64,000 nucleotides of DNA from Phoronis australis (GCA_002633005.1 NMRA01000809.1:72325-136324); one strand, 5' to 3'. Shown: positions 1 to 15,334, counted from the stretch's first letter. Notes: a model not told the origin generated them from the sequence alone. Translations and numbers: made by a program.

Positions 1-1428
1 GGAAATTACTTCCTGAATGACCCATAAATTCATCATTTGGATTTTTAAAAACTATTTTTCTTACGCGGTGTTGTATTGCTGCCGAGACGCTGAAGAGAAA
101 TGACACTTATCTCGGCTCATCGTGCGCCACTGACAGACGTATCAGAAAAATCAGGCAGTACGAGTGAAAATATGGACGAATGTGCACGAAATGTGAATAA
201 GACACTTCAAAACAAATCGCCAAATTCCTACAAAGAGGATTAACACCCGATTGACGGCATCTTGAGGAATGCATGGCGATTAATCCACTATCAAAAAAGC
301 AATGTGTACAGTCAACCACAAGCAGTTTATACCTATTGTGGTGTAGCAAGAGGGCATTTTGTATTTAGTTATTATACTTTAATCAAAGTTATGATAATAG
401 TAACTCTACTAAACTTTGCCATTTTTGACATCAAAGTGGCATCATGAATGTGCAATTTACTAAGTTAAAGTAGATTTTACAATGAGGAGTTGTCACTTGT
501 TAATTACACTTCACAAACTTACACATATAGTGAGTGAAGAAAATCAGATAAAATCCCATCTGACAGTTTATGTAAACAATTGCAATAAAAACAACAACAG
601 ATACATGAGAGCACATCCATTCACAAGATCTATTTATTTTAGCAGCCACTGGAGAGGTCCCAGGAAACCATGAATGATTGAATATCACATCACACTATCC
701 AATGAACCCAGTTCATGCCATGTACTGTACGCAAACCTTCAAGGTTAAGTACTGGCATAGACTGGATTCCACAATACCATTCCACACCAAAGTGCTCAGA
801 CAGAGATCGCCTACAACGCTTAAGTCCTTAAACCACGGACAACCAATATGGTAAAGCCAGTGTGGTAACTTAAAAACTGACACGCTACATTTTACCGTCT
901 TATCAATTCCATGCAGGCGAATGGACAGGACATTGCTCTCACCAGATGACGAGCATTGCATGCTTGAATTCAGGAAACTGCCTGGGAATACTTGTCAAGG
1001 CAATGTGCCAATAGCTTTTGCTGTGCTGAAGATTTTTGTCTATTCAGCAAGATTTTTGTTAAGTATTTCTGTCACGTGACCTTGGGTAGCTAAATTGTAG
1101 CACAACAGCAGTGTTAATATGGTACAACTGTAGCTTACAAAGTATTTCCATCCATGGCGTTGACCTAAAACTTTAAGAGAGAATTATTGACCAGACAGAC
1201 ATGAAGGTTTAAACAAGGTCTCATGAGTTTTGAGCATGTCTGTGAACTCTGTAATAAAGTGAAAGATACCCTAGTGGATGATAATGCATTTTTATTCAGC
1301 AGACTAGTACCAGCTTTTGTTTTTGCCTAGTTAAAGCATATCACTTGTTACTGCTGAATCTTCACAAAATGGTAAAACATTCCAAGAAAAGTCATATTAG
1401 ATAATATCTAATAGACCAAGATGCTTAA

Positions 1429-1931
1429 AGGTTACGCAGGGCACTTGAAAAATGGCCAAATTTTCACATTTCGGAACATCATATCTCAGAAATGACTCAT
1501 CTTCAGATATCGTGCTTTATACACTGTTCTACAAAAAGCAGTTAGGAATTGTTTTTAAAATTTTCCACTTTTGCATGATATCAAAAAATAGGACTTGTGT
1601 AATTTTTATGACAAAACTCAAGTTGCAAGAAAATAAAAACAAAATGAAAATTTAGAAAACTAACTTTTGAGATTTCACCTTGAAGAATATTATCAAACAA
1701 AATTTAGTCAAATATTATTATTGATTGTGTTGCTTTGTAATGGATGAACCATTCTTTTTTGCTAAATTCTACTAAAAAACATGGACACGTGACCCAATTA
1801 GGAGCAGATTAGTATAGAGTCGGAAATCAACTTCAAGCTATACTTCAAGAAAATACTTTACAGAAGTAAAATCTATATTTTGGTATTTGGCTAAACACAC
1901 TGACAAGTCGATTTAAAGGTCCTACACTACC
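1429..1931. mobile_element. TTAA-flanked MITE (GGTTA…/…GGTCCTACAC.ACC family), copy 1
   Basis: Terminal inverted repeats with TTAA flanks; termini shared with 20786-21069 and 48369-48802. Confidence 0.55.
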
Positions 1932-2948
1932 TTAAAAGATTGAGCTTTTATAATCTGTTGTTCATCAGCCAGTTACTTTTCCTTTTGACATGAATGCCTT
2001 TATATTGTAGAGCACAAAATTACAAAACTTGATTCTACATTCAAGCTAAAATTCTTAAGATAAAATGCCAGGTGATGACCTCACTAGGTTTGCAGGTTAA
2101 CACATACACAGACCTGGGTAGTGTTGTGTAGACACAACAATCTTGCTAGGGAATAAGCAAGTTAGTGTGACCATGTGCTTCCACTTGAAATACATTGGCG
2201 AAATCTCGAAAAGTCTTGCGCATTCTATGAGGGGGAACACTCCACATTTTTGACGCAGCTGGAAAATTCGGATATACTCGAATATACCGGGTAGGTAGGC
2301 ACCACACAGTTTGTTCAAATATACAGGAGTGCCTGTAGTAAAAGTGTCAACAAAACCCCTAACTTGGTTGCAGACAGAAACCAGAAAGTGTGTCAGCTGG
2401 TAATGAGGAAGTACACTATTTCCAGGTAACCTGAAACACCTGAGGTGAACTCTATCACATTTAATTTCAGTCACACAAAGAGACATTTTACCTGATTAGG
2501 AACAAAGCTCTTAGTCAGACCTTGAGAGGACAACTTGTTCTAAGAATTTCTTTGTGTGGGTAATAAAACCCCAAGCACACAATGCAGTAAATTATGAAAT
2601 TACATTTTTGTGGTTAAGTTAACTGCAGTTGATGAGGAGCAGCTGCTTCTTGTATTCATTTACATATAAGAAAGGTCATTAGAACTCTTAAAATCAAGGC
2701 TGTTCTTATGACCACGACCTTCCTACAAGAACAGACCACCATCAAGCGTATCAAGATTATTGTACAATCCTACCAATTTTGCTCACAATACTGTAGATGA
2801 GTGAAATTTTTTTTTTCATAAAAAAGAAGCACCAAACAAATGCATTATCATTTTATACCAAACATCACACAATGGTTACCTTTGGAAATTATTGTCGTCT
2901 GAACTTGATGCGATTTTACCCCACTTATAGGCCACAGTAAATTGTGAA

Positions 2949-3246
2949 CAAGATTAGTCTATGCAGTATAAGATGGTCACTTACTTAGAGATGTGGTAAG
3001 TTGTTTGCAGACATTTTCCACCTGGTGCGCCAGGTCTTTGTCAATGAATGAGGGATTTTCCCGAGTTTCACTGGTTGAGAATGCTTGAATACATGGGAGG
3101 TAAGTGGAGGCCTTGGTCCCGATTCAAGAGGGACCAGGTCGAAACGTCTGCAAATAACCTACCACGTCTCTAAGTAAGTGACCATCTTATACTACAATGC
3201 CTCTTGAGACCAATGACGAACCTTTTCTCCAAGATTAGTCTATGCA
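2949..3246. mobile_element. Penelope-like short insertion with inverted pseudo-LTR arms and 17-bp TSD
   Basis: Direct repeat caagattagtctatgca (2949-65, 3230-46); inverted arms 2965-3026 / 3133-3193; CGAAACGTC hammerhead-like core. Confidence 0.65.
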
Positions 3247-3480
3247 CAGATAATAATTGTTTTTCTTAATATCTTTGTGTTTACATGGTTCCATGTTTAG
3301 CATAAAATCATCTCGCCAAAGGTGACCTAGAAAAATTCACAGGTTGCCAAAGGGTGAATAAGCTCGGCAAAATAAGGAAACCCCGTATGCGCCGGTGTGA
3401 TAGCCCTGGTCATATTTATAAGAAAGGGTTTGACGTGACACATACGTACCTATGAACAGGTTACACTAATGCAACTTGTC

Positions 3481-3550
3481 CACACACGCACGCACGCACA
3501 CACACACTCACACACACAATCACACACACACACACACTCACACACACACA
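3481..3550. repeat. (CA)n/(CACG)n microsatellite (others at ~6006, 11093, 22942, 28930, 50490)
   Basis: Directly visible. Confidence 0.9.
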
Positions 3551-6500
3551 GTGTCACATCCAATAACTAGCGCAAGGCAGAAGTTGTTGCTTTGGGCACG
3601 ACAACGAGCAGCTGGCACGAATATGGCACACAAAAGAAGACCCGTCTCGTCATCGACTGTATGTAACTGCAGTTGATAACGATTTCCGCCTTGCCCCAGG
3701 TTTGCGACCACACAGCGATTAGAAGTGGTGCAAGTTACCCAAGAACAAGTGAGCTACACTGCCTCGATATGGTGCAGTAAGTTGTCACAAGTGGGGCAAG
3801 TAATGCACTACTATAAATAGCATAAACAGCCCCAAAACCTAGCTACATTACTCGTTCCAGGAGAAACTTATTCAAGGGTAAGACTATGTGTGGACGGCAC
3901 TATAGTTAGCAATATTCGGAAATGAATAGGCACTATAGTTAGCAATATTCTGAGGTGAAGAAATGAGGCATCTGAATTGGAAAAGCTGGACATCTGAAAC
4001 TAACATTAAATAGAAGATAAGTAGTCCTGCACTTTTCTTTTCCTTTCTCTCCCTTCGTGTGTCCCTAAGGATGGGCATGAGCTATCTTACTACATCTCTT
4101 ATGGCGCTTTTTATTGCCCATCTTACCAGAGATTACCTATTATACGTTATTTACCTATATTCATTAAATTGTAATTGTATTAGTATAATAAATGACCTTA
4201 TATCGCCTACCTCGGACTCCTTTTCATCTCTGGTAACGAGCTTGCGATGCACGTATCATTTATCTTTATTCGGGACATATGACGATCATAAATAGAAGAA
4301 TTGTAAAGGAAAGGTATTTTACCTGGGAAGTCACCAGAAATTTCAAAACGAATTACAGACGAATTCTTGTTTGTCTGACTTTTGACTTTGTAACGACTTG
4401 CCAGTGCCAAAATCCGGCAACTTCGTGGCAACTCGGGATTTTTACCAGGTCGCGAAACAAAATCTGAGGTCACATTGGCAGGCTGTTGGTTGCCAAATTG
4501 AGTACTGGTTTATCTATATGGTACGAAAATATCTTCCTGAGCTTCAGTCCGTACGTAACGTATTTTCAAGTGAGGTCAGTCCTTTGGTTTACTGGCAGGT
4601 CAATGTTAAAAATGCAGTGCTTGACGTTCAACAGGTAACGAACCCCACGTAAAAGCACTGAACAGAAAGGCCCATTAAAATTGATAGCAACAGCAATCAA
4701 AAACCCACAAAAAATGAAGATATGAACCAAAAGTTAGTTATAGCAACTGCAAAGGAAAGTTCACAAAAGGTATATAATGCACAAGAGACAAAAGAAACAC
4801 AGGTTATAAAAATCTCATCTCTGAAACTATTCCTAAATAAAGCATTATCAATCTCCAATACCATGGGACACCCCCACTGCCAATTGAGTTTAACAAGGAT
4901 TAAGTAGGATTTGCTTCACAGGAAGAACAAGTGATTAGTGAACCGCAAACTTTTAATTAATCAATGTTGCAGGGTTCATTCAGCCACATCTATTAATAGA
5001 AGAACTACAAACACACTATGAATGAATGTCTTGTCACTGGTCTACAGATCACTCTGCACATATTGCTGGCACTTTTCAGTCCAAAGACATGACACCTCTT
5101 ATTCATGGTTCATCCCACAGGCAGCATCAGAGAGCCATAGACTATTGTTAGACTGTACTCAGCTTATCTGGGCAGGGAAATTGGTTTGCGCTAAAATGAA
5201 TATCACAGCAAACTTCCCAATCGCGCACAAAAATGACCAAAATCAAAAAGGTCACAAATGTGAGGTACGGTTCAGCATCACTTTTCTCCATCAGTTAAAA
5301 AAATTACAAAAAGGATCTCCGATTTCAAAACTGAAAGTTGTGCCGTTAAACAGGTCAGCAGGATACGGAACTCTTTACAGGTGACCGCACGCGCACATCA
5401 ACCATGTGCACGAATCTTGTCCTTGTCTTAGTAAAGTGTAGCGCTTTCGTCAGTTTTTTATATATACCAGGGTGGCGTTATAGATAGACTCGTATAGATC
5501 ATTGTTGTGAATGACCACAATTTCTCAAAACATTGTATGGTGGTAGCTATGGTATAGAAGTATTTATGACAATCCTCCTTGTTTGGTGCCACTTTGTTTA
5601 TGAAAAAAATAAAATGTTGTGTCCTTGCATATACTACTGGTATTTTCCGTAGATAAGCCCATGGACGTGTATTTGGATTTGGAAAATGAATATTCAGACA
5701 TTTTCCGAAATGGGGTCGTGTAAATGGAAAGTCATAGTTTTCCTGACTTTGACATTTTTTACTTAAAAGTGTGTTTTTAAATTTTATGATAGTAAATGCA
5801 TAGTTTGCCAGCACTTTGCTCGTTTATGCAAATGATAAATGCTCCACAAAACTGAATTTGCCCCATTATCTGGACACTTGACACCAGAAGTTGTAAGACC
5901 AATTAAACGCCCATGGGCATTTCATGGGGTGGGCTTATCTACAGAAAGCCCTTGGTATAAGTGAGATTTTATGATAGTGTTCATATGCAAGAGATGAATT
6001 GCTGGCACGCACGCACGCACACACACACACCCACACAAGAATTTACCAACAGCCCCACTCACCTACTCCCCCTGTTGAGGGCTTTGGATTTGCATACGTA
6101 TTTGGCTAAATGCCTGCGTCCAGATTTTCACTATACCTTAGTTCAGTTCAGCTTGAATTAACTCTCCCATGTCAATTTCCTCAATAAATCTCATGAGAAT
6201 AGACATGAACAAGTATTATATATATGAACCAATTTTATATATACGAACAAGTATTACATACATGAAACCTTCGTAAGTTGTCTAACAAGGTATGAGATGC
6301 CGTCAGAAAATGGGACGATTTTTGCTCTGCTCCTCTATGATCTTGATGACATCATCAGAGCGCCTTTCCCATACTATGGATACAGAGGGTGCTCATGCAC
6401 ATTCAAAATTTAGTTCTAGCTTTTCGTGCAAGACACTTACACCATAAATAAAATGCAGCTGCCAACTCTTTAAGTGGTATATCAATGAAGAATTTTGTAA

Positions 6501-9500
6501 CACAAACATGAATATTGCCCAACAGTAAACAAACCCCTATTATACAACCATGTACATTCTGGTCAAACAGGAAATTTCCTCATTACATAATGATCCTTAC
6601 ACAGGCAACAGTACTGAGTTCAATCCTTCACCTATTGCAGTGTTCATTAACCTACCTGCCACTATCACCACAGGATTTGAACCCACAAACAGGAATAGGA
6701 ATGCACTGTCACATCAAATTTTCAAAAATTTTTGCAAGTCTTGGATTTTTTTCAATTCAGTTAAAACCATGAGGGCAATTTAGGACCTGAACTATGTGTT
6801 TGGATCAATCGGTGTACGTGCTCAGACAACAGATGCACCCTTTGTTTGCTCCAGAGTAATTGGGAAGGATTAAGATTGACCAAGTTCATACAGCATAATT
6901 ATTGTTATTAGTTTTTAATTTTGGTATTTAATTTTATTTGGCTGTGTCCAAAACGTCAAAATAACGTGACAATGAACAAGCGAAATAGCACGCAATATGT
7001 CAAACAATTGAAATTTGATTTTGTCAGATTTCTAAACAAAATGCGTCGGCATTGTTTTCTTCCAACATTCAGCCTAAACACAAATCATGAAATGGGATGA
7101 TTAAATCTAACAAATTGGCCTCTATTTTTCCTAGACACCATAGCAAATAAATTTCTAATTATTGTAGATTATGTGTTCACAACCAGAGTTAGATATCTCG
7201 GTCTTCTTTCGATCTGAATTTAAGTTCGATCATGAAACTGAAAAATTAATGCGGATGGCTTCTGGAATAAGCTGAATCACCCCATCATCCTGGTAGGGAT
7301 ATTCAAATTGGGAACGGATAAGAAGCCATTGTAGTCTATGGCCAAACTCTGAGATCTACAGATGGTAAAACATTTTATTACCACACTTAGTTTGTTCTCA
7401 GTTAACAGATGAGTGCAAAATGTGGACCATACTACTGATAAAATCCAGAGATGAGTGTATATAATCTTATCTATATATATCTTATGTATAATCTCAAATA
7501 AAACCTACAACCAGTAATGATTTCACTTGAGGAGTTTGTTTAAAGAGGTCAAAGTTTAAGTACGACATGCTTCAAGTGACCTATAGTGCTCCCAGGAGTC
7601 AAAGCAGACATGTTTCTGATATTACAATCAAACATTAAAGAAATTTTATGAGAATCAAAAAAATTTTCATAAAGACAATACTCTTCATTAGCAGCAATCA
7701 ATATTAACTACTTAAAAAAACTGCTCACTATTGCAAATGAAAATTAGGTCACACAAGGAATGTGGTGGGACAGCTGATTTATTGTGTTGGCCTTATTGTG
7801 TGGCCTTGTAAGTGGTGATGAATGGCTGGCTGAGATTTTAGCTTAGAGCACACAGACACTCACAAGCAACAAGTTCACATCCTAGTGGATCAACACTATA
7901 AATTCACAGCATGCTTGAAGGATATTAATTTTAAAATCTGGTTTAAACACACTATCATCCTTTTCTGTTTCCATACTGTAAAAATGTCAAACTCTTGTAT
8001 ACAAATCACTTATTGCTCTCTTGCCTTTGTTCACCCAGTTGTTTCTTACAAACATCTTACAAACACGGGTTAACATAAAGGATATGAAATCCCCTTTGCT
8101 TTACCAGAAAATTTCACCAATTTAGGACACAACACGGCAGACAAGTGAGACTTAATTTTTTTCATAGAAAACAGTGAACACCAAATAAATGCTTTATCAT
8201 TTGTTCTTTTCCATATCTATCACCAGGCATTGTTTTCAAGAATTATGTGAATTCACAGCAGAGTGACTATGGGACTTCAAAAAATGAAAAAAAAATTCTG
8301 ATATACATTGGCGGTTGTATACAAAGCCTATGCCCGAAACGCACACCATGGCACTTCACGAAAAGCAAATCAGTGACAGGGCTGCTACCTTAAGTATATG
8401 TTTTGCTGATCTCAAAAACCTGCAATATCTTGTGTAAGGGTGCTTGACCTCAAATATGATATTTCAACTCCCTCATAGCAGCAATGTCAATGTAACAAAA
8501 ATTTTACCACCTGTGGGGATTTCAAAATCCCAATTGACATTACCCACCCAGTGACCCAGAGTTCTGCACAGAATACTGCATGAATTCTTTTAAGAAGCTT
8601 TAAAAAGCCCCATATAAACTCGACCACCTTTGAAAGTCGCCAAAAAGTAGGGAGATCAGTTTATAGTTTTAAAGACAGTAAGTTAGGGGTGAAATTGATG
8701 GGCAAAATCATCAATTAAAACTTTTGTAAAAATCAATCGCAAGTTTTCCCTAAAGTGACGAAGCTGCATCGGGCTCCTTTTGCTAAAATTACAACATTAG
8801 TTTTCTAATAAATTTTCTTCGAGTAATGTATGAAATCTGGAACTTCCAACTGAATTTCTATAGCTAAATACCAATAGAGTTTGAAAAGCAGTAATAGTAG
8901 AAAATTTTACATCACAGCATTACTCCAGTCTGCAGGAATTAACCGATCCTTTTTTCTCAGAACCAGATCTAACATGTTGACATAGCCTAGAAATACATAT
9001 GTATACAATACCTGCTGCCTTGAGCAAAAATGGGCTTGAATTATACATTCCCATTGTAATTTACAGTGACGTCAACCAGGTTATTTTAGTTTTGGGAAGT
9101 ACAAATATTTAAGAAACACAATACCACACAGATGGGCATTTGGAGAAGAATTTGAGCAACACAATGTCACTTATGCAGTCCAGACTCGAAAATGTTTGCT
9201 ACACAGATGAACATCAAAAATAGAATTTCTTCAGAAGCCAGATTGGCAGTGTTTCGTAAACGCTGAAATTTCAGGATAAACTGTGATTTATCAAAGCAAT
9301 AAAATATCAGTAATAACGATTCAGTTCATTATTTGCATAGCATTTGTCTAGGTTTTTAACAGCGGCAACCCCAGCCTCTACTGATAACGTCAAGAAGCAG
9401 TGTAAATGTCTAGATCAACTGAAAGAATGGAAGTTTTCCACCAGCAAAAATATTGATATAGGTAATACCAACGCAGTAAAACTTTCAAAGTCTCACAAAC

Positions 9501-10207
9501 TCTAACAAAAACCTTGAGGTCTTTGAATTGTTGAAAATGTATTTACAGTGAGTGCGACCATAGACACTTGTCTTGATACAGCTGTACAGAATGATGACGG
9601 TGCATGCTATACAGTCACAGAGCTGACTCACAACTTAGAGTACATGGTAAGTGCAAATGGCTCATTAACTAAAGCCAGGGGCCTCGATGTTTCAATTTTG
9701 GAGCAAAATACCTGGCCCCATTACCCTATGAAAAATATTTTTAAAATCATGTGCATGAAAATCCCCTCATCAAGCGGGAAAATTACCCTCCATGATTAAA
9801 ATTCACTCAAGATTAGAACAACTACCGGTACTTCAAGAGGTACAGGAACCTTTCTCCTTATTCATCAGGCTAGGTGTATGAACAATATTGTCAAAATACT
9901 TAGTATACTGCTTTGCACAATGGCTACTTTCCCCTCAAGTGGTCAAGGTCCCTGGAAGGAAATGAAGTTTTCCACTAACAAAAACTATTGATAGAACCAA
10001 TACCAATGTAGTAAAAGTCTCTGATATGCAGACAAAAACACTGAGCTCCTTGAACAGTTAAAATGTACACAGTGAGACCATAGATTAAGCATAGATACTA
10101 TCGACGATACGTATGTCTCATGCCCTCATGGCACTGTGTCAGTGAGTGTGTATCACAGCACTGTTACAGAGGTGACTCGAGTGCACATGGTTAACAAAAC
10201 AACTTAC

Positions 10208-10463
10208 CAATTTTTACCAAGCTAGCTAGAAGAATCCACACACCAATTAGGTACGGAGCTGAAACATGATGGAAGTCAGCTGAAAAAACGTGGAAGCGAA
10301 CTTCGTGCTTTCCAGAGTCATTGCCAGTACCATTTCCAGACGTTGTGTATTCCATTTCCAAGGGCAAAGACCTCTCAGTCACTGCTGCCTCTGTTTGAAC
10401 AATACTCGGTCGAATAAAACATAGGTAAACTAAAAACCAAACGTGTTTAAAGGCAGAAACCAT
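10208..10463 (-). CDS. SLC9A: Na+/H+ exchanger (SLC9A/NHE, plasma-membrane type), first coding exon; remaining exons not found in window
   Basis: ATG at 10463 gives a signal-peptide-like MVSAFKHVWFLVYLCFIRPSIVQT, then FHVFSADFHHVSAPYLIGVWILLASLVKIG, which matches the NHE1-5 motif 'DY.HV..PFEI.LWILLASL.KIG'. The exon ends at a phase-1 donor (G|GTAAGT, intron from 10207) at the KIG|FH position known from vertebrate NHE genes. No 'PESCLL' exon 2 was found in 1-10207. Confidence 0.88.
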
Positions 10464-13400
10464 TTCAGAGCTACTGAAAACCAAATACGTATACTATTCA
10501 GTCAAGACTGATTGAATATAGTCGTCATCCTCACAGAGTTCACAATCAGCTGGTTCGCCGATCGACTCCATCTTTGTCTGCTTCGTTCAGCTGAGCTGCG
10601 TGCGCAAGACCCGGCAATATTCTGATTGTCAAAGTGAAAATCAATACCTCAGCACTGCAATCGATAGCAATCAACAAAATATATATGAAAAGAATAGAGT
10701 TGGCTCAAATTTGCGAAATTATATGCTTTTGCAAAACATTTCTGTCTCCATTTTTCTCCCACAACTGAAAAATTGAGCGCCACCTAAAGTATGTCATGCA
10801 CAACGGACCCTGCACAGCCCGAGGCTTTCCATTCAGTCATTCTTACCACATGCAAAAAGACCCAGGAATTAGGCCCAGTCCGTTGTTGATAAAAATCGTT
10901 GTCTGTTAAGACTGTAACCATAAAGCACCTCAAGCTATGAACAATCTGCTGCTTCGGTGTATAGTAGAGAAACTGATACATATTGAAGTTGAGCAGCTGA
11001 TGTTTTCCACGTTTTTTAAATCTTTATTTTTCATTGGTATAAAGAATATAAACGCAGACATGAAAGACAAAAATAACCATTCTCAGTCTCACCACACACG
11101 CACGCACGCACGCACACACACACACGCCCCCCTCAACATACCCACTCATTTTAGCTAGGATGTTGTCAGGAAAAGTTTCTCCATATGCCTGGTAATCATT
11201 TGAATTGCCATTATTTAATAAAATAGGTTTTTACGTTTTTTATGAGAAACGAAATAGAATCCTGTCACAGTAAGGAATATCATGATGCCGGTTTAAAAGT
11301 GTCAGTCAATGCTTAATTCATTTTTTTTTTGTTTTCAGCCAGCTAATAAGGGCAATGACGCAGCTTTAAGTAAAACCAACTAAGGAGATTTTCAAAACAG
11401 CACGTGACTGAAGCTCAACTTATCCGTAACGAAACGGTTGACGGTTGACGTGTATTCAATTTAACATCAACGACTTAAAATGAAAAGTATTAAAATTGGA
11501 CAAAAAGACGTCACAAAAGCACCCAGTTTACCACAAGAATAAATACAAAGGATAGGTGCCTGAGCGCCAATATGAGAAACACTTGAGCAAAAATCCTTTG
11601 AAATAACGCGTTATTTCGGATAAAAGCGCATAGGCACTTTAACATAAGGTCAAAGATTTTATAGATATAGTATCTTTGATAAGGTATACATGTGGCAAAA
11701 TGGAATACGTAGGCCCGCATAATTTTTGGAATAGTTACATATTTACTGAATAATTAATATTTCTTCAGTAACTTTATCTCATGAACTAAAACATACAAAC
11801 TTAATAGCTGTGGTCAGTCGAGTAAAAATTTGCGCAAAATACACAAAATGATTGTAAACAAGCTGATATGTACTAGGTCTACAATAACTGGACACCCTGA
11901 GCTGATATTCAGTTCAAGTTTACTTTCGTTCAGGTAAAGATTTAGCTGTTGCGAAACTCATTTTTCTTGCTGTAACGAGAATCGGCACGCGCAATTATAT
12001 ATGCGAGACAATTCACGTTCACGCCGCTTTGCTAAACCTCTCTATTACGTCACTAACGTTATCTAAGAACTAAAAGCTATGCTCAGTCGAGTAAAAATTT
12101 TGCACAGAAGCCACAAAAACATTCCAATGAACAGGCCTAATAATGCTGTATACCGTAAATGGAACAATGTAGAAGGGTGACCGCTAGCCGACTAGATATT
12201 GGTGTTGTTGTACCAATTGCCACAGTTCTCCAAGATGGCCTGGGTAGCAGCAGCAACTAAAATCGCCAGTACACGATGGCTAATAAATGTATATAACACG
12301 TTCTGGTGTTAAAAGTATTTTCTGCGTTGAACTGTTGACGACAAAAGGTTGATTTAGCCAAACTGAAATCTGGAAATACCCCCAAGTAGCCACATGGAAT
12401 AAAAATGCAACGAATAAATGGATTACAAAGCTTTCAACATTCAAGATGTTTGACCGAATGCACACGTGAGCGCGATACCTCTCTGTGTTTGTCATCAGTC
12501 GTAGTCAACAAGGCACTGGTGTCATTGTTTCCAGGTGTCACCGACCATCTGCTTGCGTTACATCAACATGTCATTTGTATAGACACCCAGCTGTTTGGTT
12601 GATAATATCAGAAAATCAAACGTACCGTAAATTCTGAGCACCAGCTAGCAATTTGACAAACCATCAATTTTATTTTCGTTCGAGCTCACACGGGGAAGGG
12701 GGGAGGGGCATAAGTACACCCTTTTTAGGGGGTAACGCATTTGTTTTTCTTTTGGAAAATCTTTTGATGCCTCCCTTCTCCACCCTTCGCGACATCCTGA
12801 GATCTGCCGGTGGAGAGGTTTTAGTTTTTCGCACAATATCTAGTAAGGTAATTCATTACAACCACACGTTGCCACGAAACCGTAAACTCAACCTCAAACA
12901 CGCAAGATAATCTGTCGGAGGGGGTTAATAATCGACAGAGGCTCACTCCCTCGCCCCTGAACCCCGTGATCAATCGGCGTGGAGTATTGTACTTATGTAT
13001 AAGACATCTGGATACTCTGACAGCTATCGTGATGAGTCAGATCTAATTAAATAAAATTAAACGAAAGTTATGACCGTTAAAATTCCTTTGGTCGATTTTT
13101 TACACAAATGATTAAATGAATTTCAAAGCTGTACTTCGTCCTGTTTAGCTAGCTAAAACATAAATTTGAGTTCTTACTATCATACAAAATCGTGATAGGA
13201 TTACATTTGCGTTACCAACTCAAATCACAAGCAACTAGATTGTATATGCGCCACTTTCGAATTCGCAATCTTTTCAGGTTGGCTAACCCCAATTATCTCT
13301 AAACATTTTTCTCGAGACCCGGATGGTTTCGATGTTCTTGTTGGCACAGATAGGAATATGAGAACGATTTTAAAAAAGTAAAAGGCCTAATTCGATTTTC

Positions 13401-15334
13401 GTTTTTTTTAGCCAGTTATACAAGGCGAAAAGCAGCTTTGACGAAAGGAATGATCCAAATGCAAAATAGTTTAAATCAATTTCGACTTCAGGTATACCTT
13501 TCGTTAAATTTCATTCAGTCATTCGCGAAAAATCGTCTAAAAAGCGCACGTTCACAATCACTGCAACCGTATTTCACACAGTGCTGGATCCATTTAGGGT
13601 AAGTTGAAGTTTCACATGGCTCACGGAAACGGGATTTTGTCTCGCAATCACAAGACCAACAAAGTTTTAAGTGTTTTTCTATCGAGTCAGAACGACCGAA
13701 AGATCATTTCGAAATCAGCAGGGCCTTTGTAATACAGAAATCGTTTGCTATACTGGATAACTTGGAGAAGTTATTTTTTCGAGAACAGTGTTTCCACCAA
13801 TCTCCCAATGTCGAATATAAAGCCTACAAAAATCCTGCAGTATCCCAAGAAATAGTAACCACAATGAAATGTTCTTTGGATTTTTTTATTTCGTAAGGAA
13901 ATTGTGTCATTTGTTTTCCTCCAGCAAACGACCATATTGAGTCGAAATATCTTTAATGGCCATCTGGTATAGAACATGATTTTTTTGTAATTTTTTATTT
14001 CTGTTGTTTTCTGTTATCATCACAAGTACAGTTACACCAAATAAACTTTTTAGAACTTTTCTGTTGTCATTAAATGTTAACTTCCAGCAGAAGAGCAGAA
14101 CAGAATGAGTCCTACAGTGTAAAAATTGAACAGGCAAAGTTAAACCAATTATCATTTTTCATGTAGGAACCAAAGAAAATTGGAACTGTTGTACATAAGA
14201 AAACTAAAAGAAAATACTCATCTCACAAACCTCATACATTTCTTAAAATTGGCATTGGACACTCATTACTTTTTATAGCAAAATCAACATCAAAATTCCA
14301 GTGTCAGTAACCCTGCCTTCATTGCCCAAAATTCAAAGAAAATTCAGAATTACTTCAAATTGATACATTTGACAAGACAGTGGCATAGACTAAACCAGAG
14401 TAGAGTTCAGTAAAGTTAGAGTCTCCCTAGAAAAGCAAGATCTTGCAAGATATCGCAGTGTATTTTCAATGAGAGGATGTCATTTTCGATTGATTTTTCT
14501 CGCTGCAGGACAGTTGAACTTGACCCTGTCTATCATCTATACTAAGTATTATCTATACTGTAAGTGTAAAATCTCCATGTTTTATTCATTGCGCCATCTA
14601 GTGGTGTGATGTCACAAACAGAACACAAGTACACTGAGCAGTACTCAAAAACAGTTCATTTGCCAAGAGTAAGTTAACATGAAATTTCAACAAGGACAGA
14701 ATAAATAATTCTGCTACAGTAAAATTAAACTCACATCAAATTACAATTCCATTAAATTGTCACACCCTTAGCAGATATCCCAAGAATACAATTATTCTTG
14801 ATCAAATAAGAGGTGATTTTTCTAAATTTCCCACATGTCATCAGGTCACGGCGTAGGTACTAGAATATTTCACATGGGCTTCCTTTCTTTGGAAAAAATG
14901 AGCGACTTGATATTCACTAGAAGATGCCAATAAACAAAGTCACACCTTAAGACATCTGGTTAGCTAGAGAGTAGAAAGCAGTACTTCTGCATGGGAGTAT
15001 CTGTGTGATAACGTACCCACTCGATTAACATGAATGCAGGCATTTCTACAAGAAAGTCCCTTGTTTCATTTGGAAAACAGTATTTTGAGTTCCACCAGCA
15101 TTAGAAGTGAAACAGGCACAAAAATCACAGCCTACACACAAGTTTGCTTCAGACCTACGATAAAATCATGGCCTAGTCCATGAAGTAATCCCATACCATT
15201 CGAAACAAAAGTTATCCTTTCAGTTTCAAGGCTAGCTAAAACGTTGTCCCACAAGCAATGGCCACCCAATCACAAAGTCAACAAGCTTGCTGCCTTAAGT
15301 CAGACCCAGTGCATGTAGTTTGTCGCATATCATC

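Noticed and set aside
713-2486. Possible NHE downstream exons
   Set aside because: No NHE motifs (PESCLL, FF..LLPPI) in the frames examined.
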